This document shows positions 62,750 to 64,000 of a stretch of DNA of 64,000 nt, piece after piece. The notes under the pieces are model-generated. The model was not told the DNA's origin. It saw only the letters and a list, made by a program, of their open reading frames with translations, and did no database searches. Each line of letters opens with the position of its first letter. Position 1 is the first letter of the stretch. The translations under genes and the position numbers were made by a program. Origin of the DNA: Eledone cirrhosa (taxonomy: Eukaryota); contig OZ024740.1 of NCBI GenBank assembly GCA_964016885.1, forward strand, positions 27,094,001 through 27,158,000. The letters are read 5' to 3'.

Positions 62750-63850
62750 ATCAACCTTAATTTTCTGGACATGGCAGATACGACCCCTGAAAGGACAGCG
62801 AGTCAACAATAGGAGGATCAGCTCCGGATTTTCTGTGTGACGCAAGTGAGAATCGTACAAACAGATCTGGGGGCTGTTTCATGTATTTTTTGGAACGGAG
62901 ATATCTACCTTTAAAAACAATATACAAAACTGGATGTAGACATTTGAAACCTATTGACAATGGGGAAACTCAATACAATGTTTGAGGACCGACCTACCCA
63001 CACTAGATGATCCAAAAAGTTATTGATATTGTCTGAGAGTCTGTTGAACACAGCCCAAGACGATTTTTACGGAGAAGAAGCCATTGAGTCTCTATACTGA
63101 AACCTTCAGAAAGGATCTTAAGAAGTACCCTACAGAATACAGCCCAAACAAAAGATTACAAAAGCTGATAAGACCTTGAGAAAGCCTGTGACTGAGAAAA
63201 TGCTATAGAAGTTGGAAAACAACCCAAATGTTCTGAATCTGTTGTGAACCTCTGAAGAAGCCGAATTTCACTTCGAGGGGAAGGTCATTTCTAAGTACAA
63301 TTTGCTCTTGGGGTCTGAAACCAGCCTCAGAAGTGGCTATGAAATCTTTCCATTCGGCTAAAGGCACTGTCAGGGCTGTCATTTTTGAGAGACGATTGGC
63401 CCATTCTTATTCGTAGAAAAAGATTTCACTACTACAGTTACAAAGAAAAGCTATGTGAAGATCTAAGAAGACATCAAATATGAGCTACAAAACAAATACC
63501 CATCACTAATGAATAATTTCTGACGCAACCAGCCGCCATATTACAATAAGTCGCTAGAATGGCGGGAAAATATCTATGGAAACAGTGTGATCCGTTTGAA
63601 ATCTGATTTTGACTGGTCTCCACAGTCCTGATTTAATCTCTCCAAATTTCTTTTTTTTTTTGTGTGGCTATCTGCAGTATAGCGTATAGGTCAACAAACC
63701 CAGGTCAATCACTGAACTAAAGGAAAGCATCAGGGAAGAGATTAGAGCCCCTAGGTCTGTGTTGATAGACGTGATGATAAACTTCAGCATGGGTCTAAAA
63801 AATTACATTGATTCAAATAGGGATCACGTAGAACATGTGGTGTAACTCTG
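62750..63850 (+). mobile_element. Highly decayed Tc1/mariner-superfamily transposase
   Basis: Remnants of PYRIQ, (W)TSEEAEFHFEGKV (SDEAHF-like), IGPF and DWSP.SPDL....FF.WGYL, with many stops and frameshifts. TIRs not resolved. Confidence 0.65.
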
Positions 63851-64000
63851 GACAAAACATTTAAAATAAGTGAATGTTTCATGTTTTTAATTATTTTAAA
63901 TATGTTCGGAACTTCATTAGTTAGTGTCAAACATTGAATAATGGGGACAAATATAATGGGGCAAGTGTGTTAGTTATATAGTGAGAAATGTGTTTGCTTG

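Overview
Eukaryotic, AT-rich, microsatellite-dense DNA. The SINE and repeat content suggests a mollusc, probably an octopus (inference). I found no host protein-coding gene. The main feature is a ~28 kb retrotransposon array (~7.8-35.7 kb) built inside a (TTC)n/(TTA)n microsatellite. Six Tx1-like (L1 group, APE+RT) LINEs from at least three lineages sit head-to-tail on the + strand, each ending in an (ATT)n tract. Three R4/Dong-like restriction-like-endonuclease (RLE) elements occupy the same tracts in the opposite orientation. One Tx1-like copy (23071-29137) has intact ORF1 and ORF2. Its neighbour has a near-identical ORF2 but a different 5'UTR/ORF1. The rest of the window holds RTE, CR1-like, Penelope-like and Tc1/mariner relics, tRNA-derived SINEs, fold-back palindromes (two with hammerhead-like cores), a non-autonomous RTE-derived element, a 61-bp minisatellite amplified from a CR1-like end, and long simple/satellite repeats. 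Family assignments come from motif recognition by eye, and boundaries are approximate.
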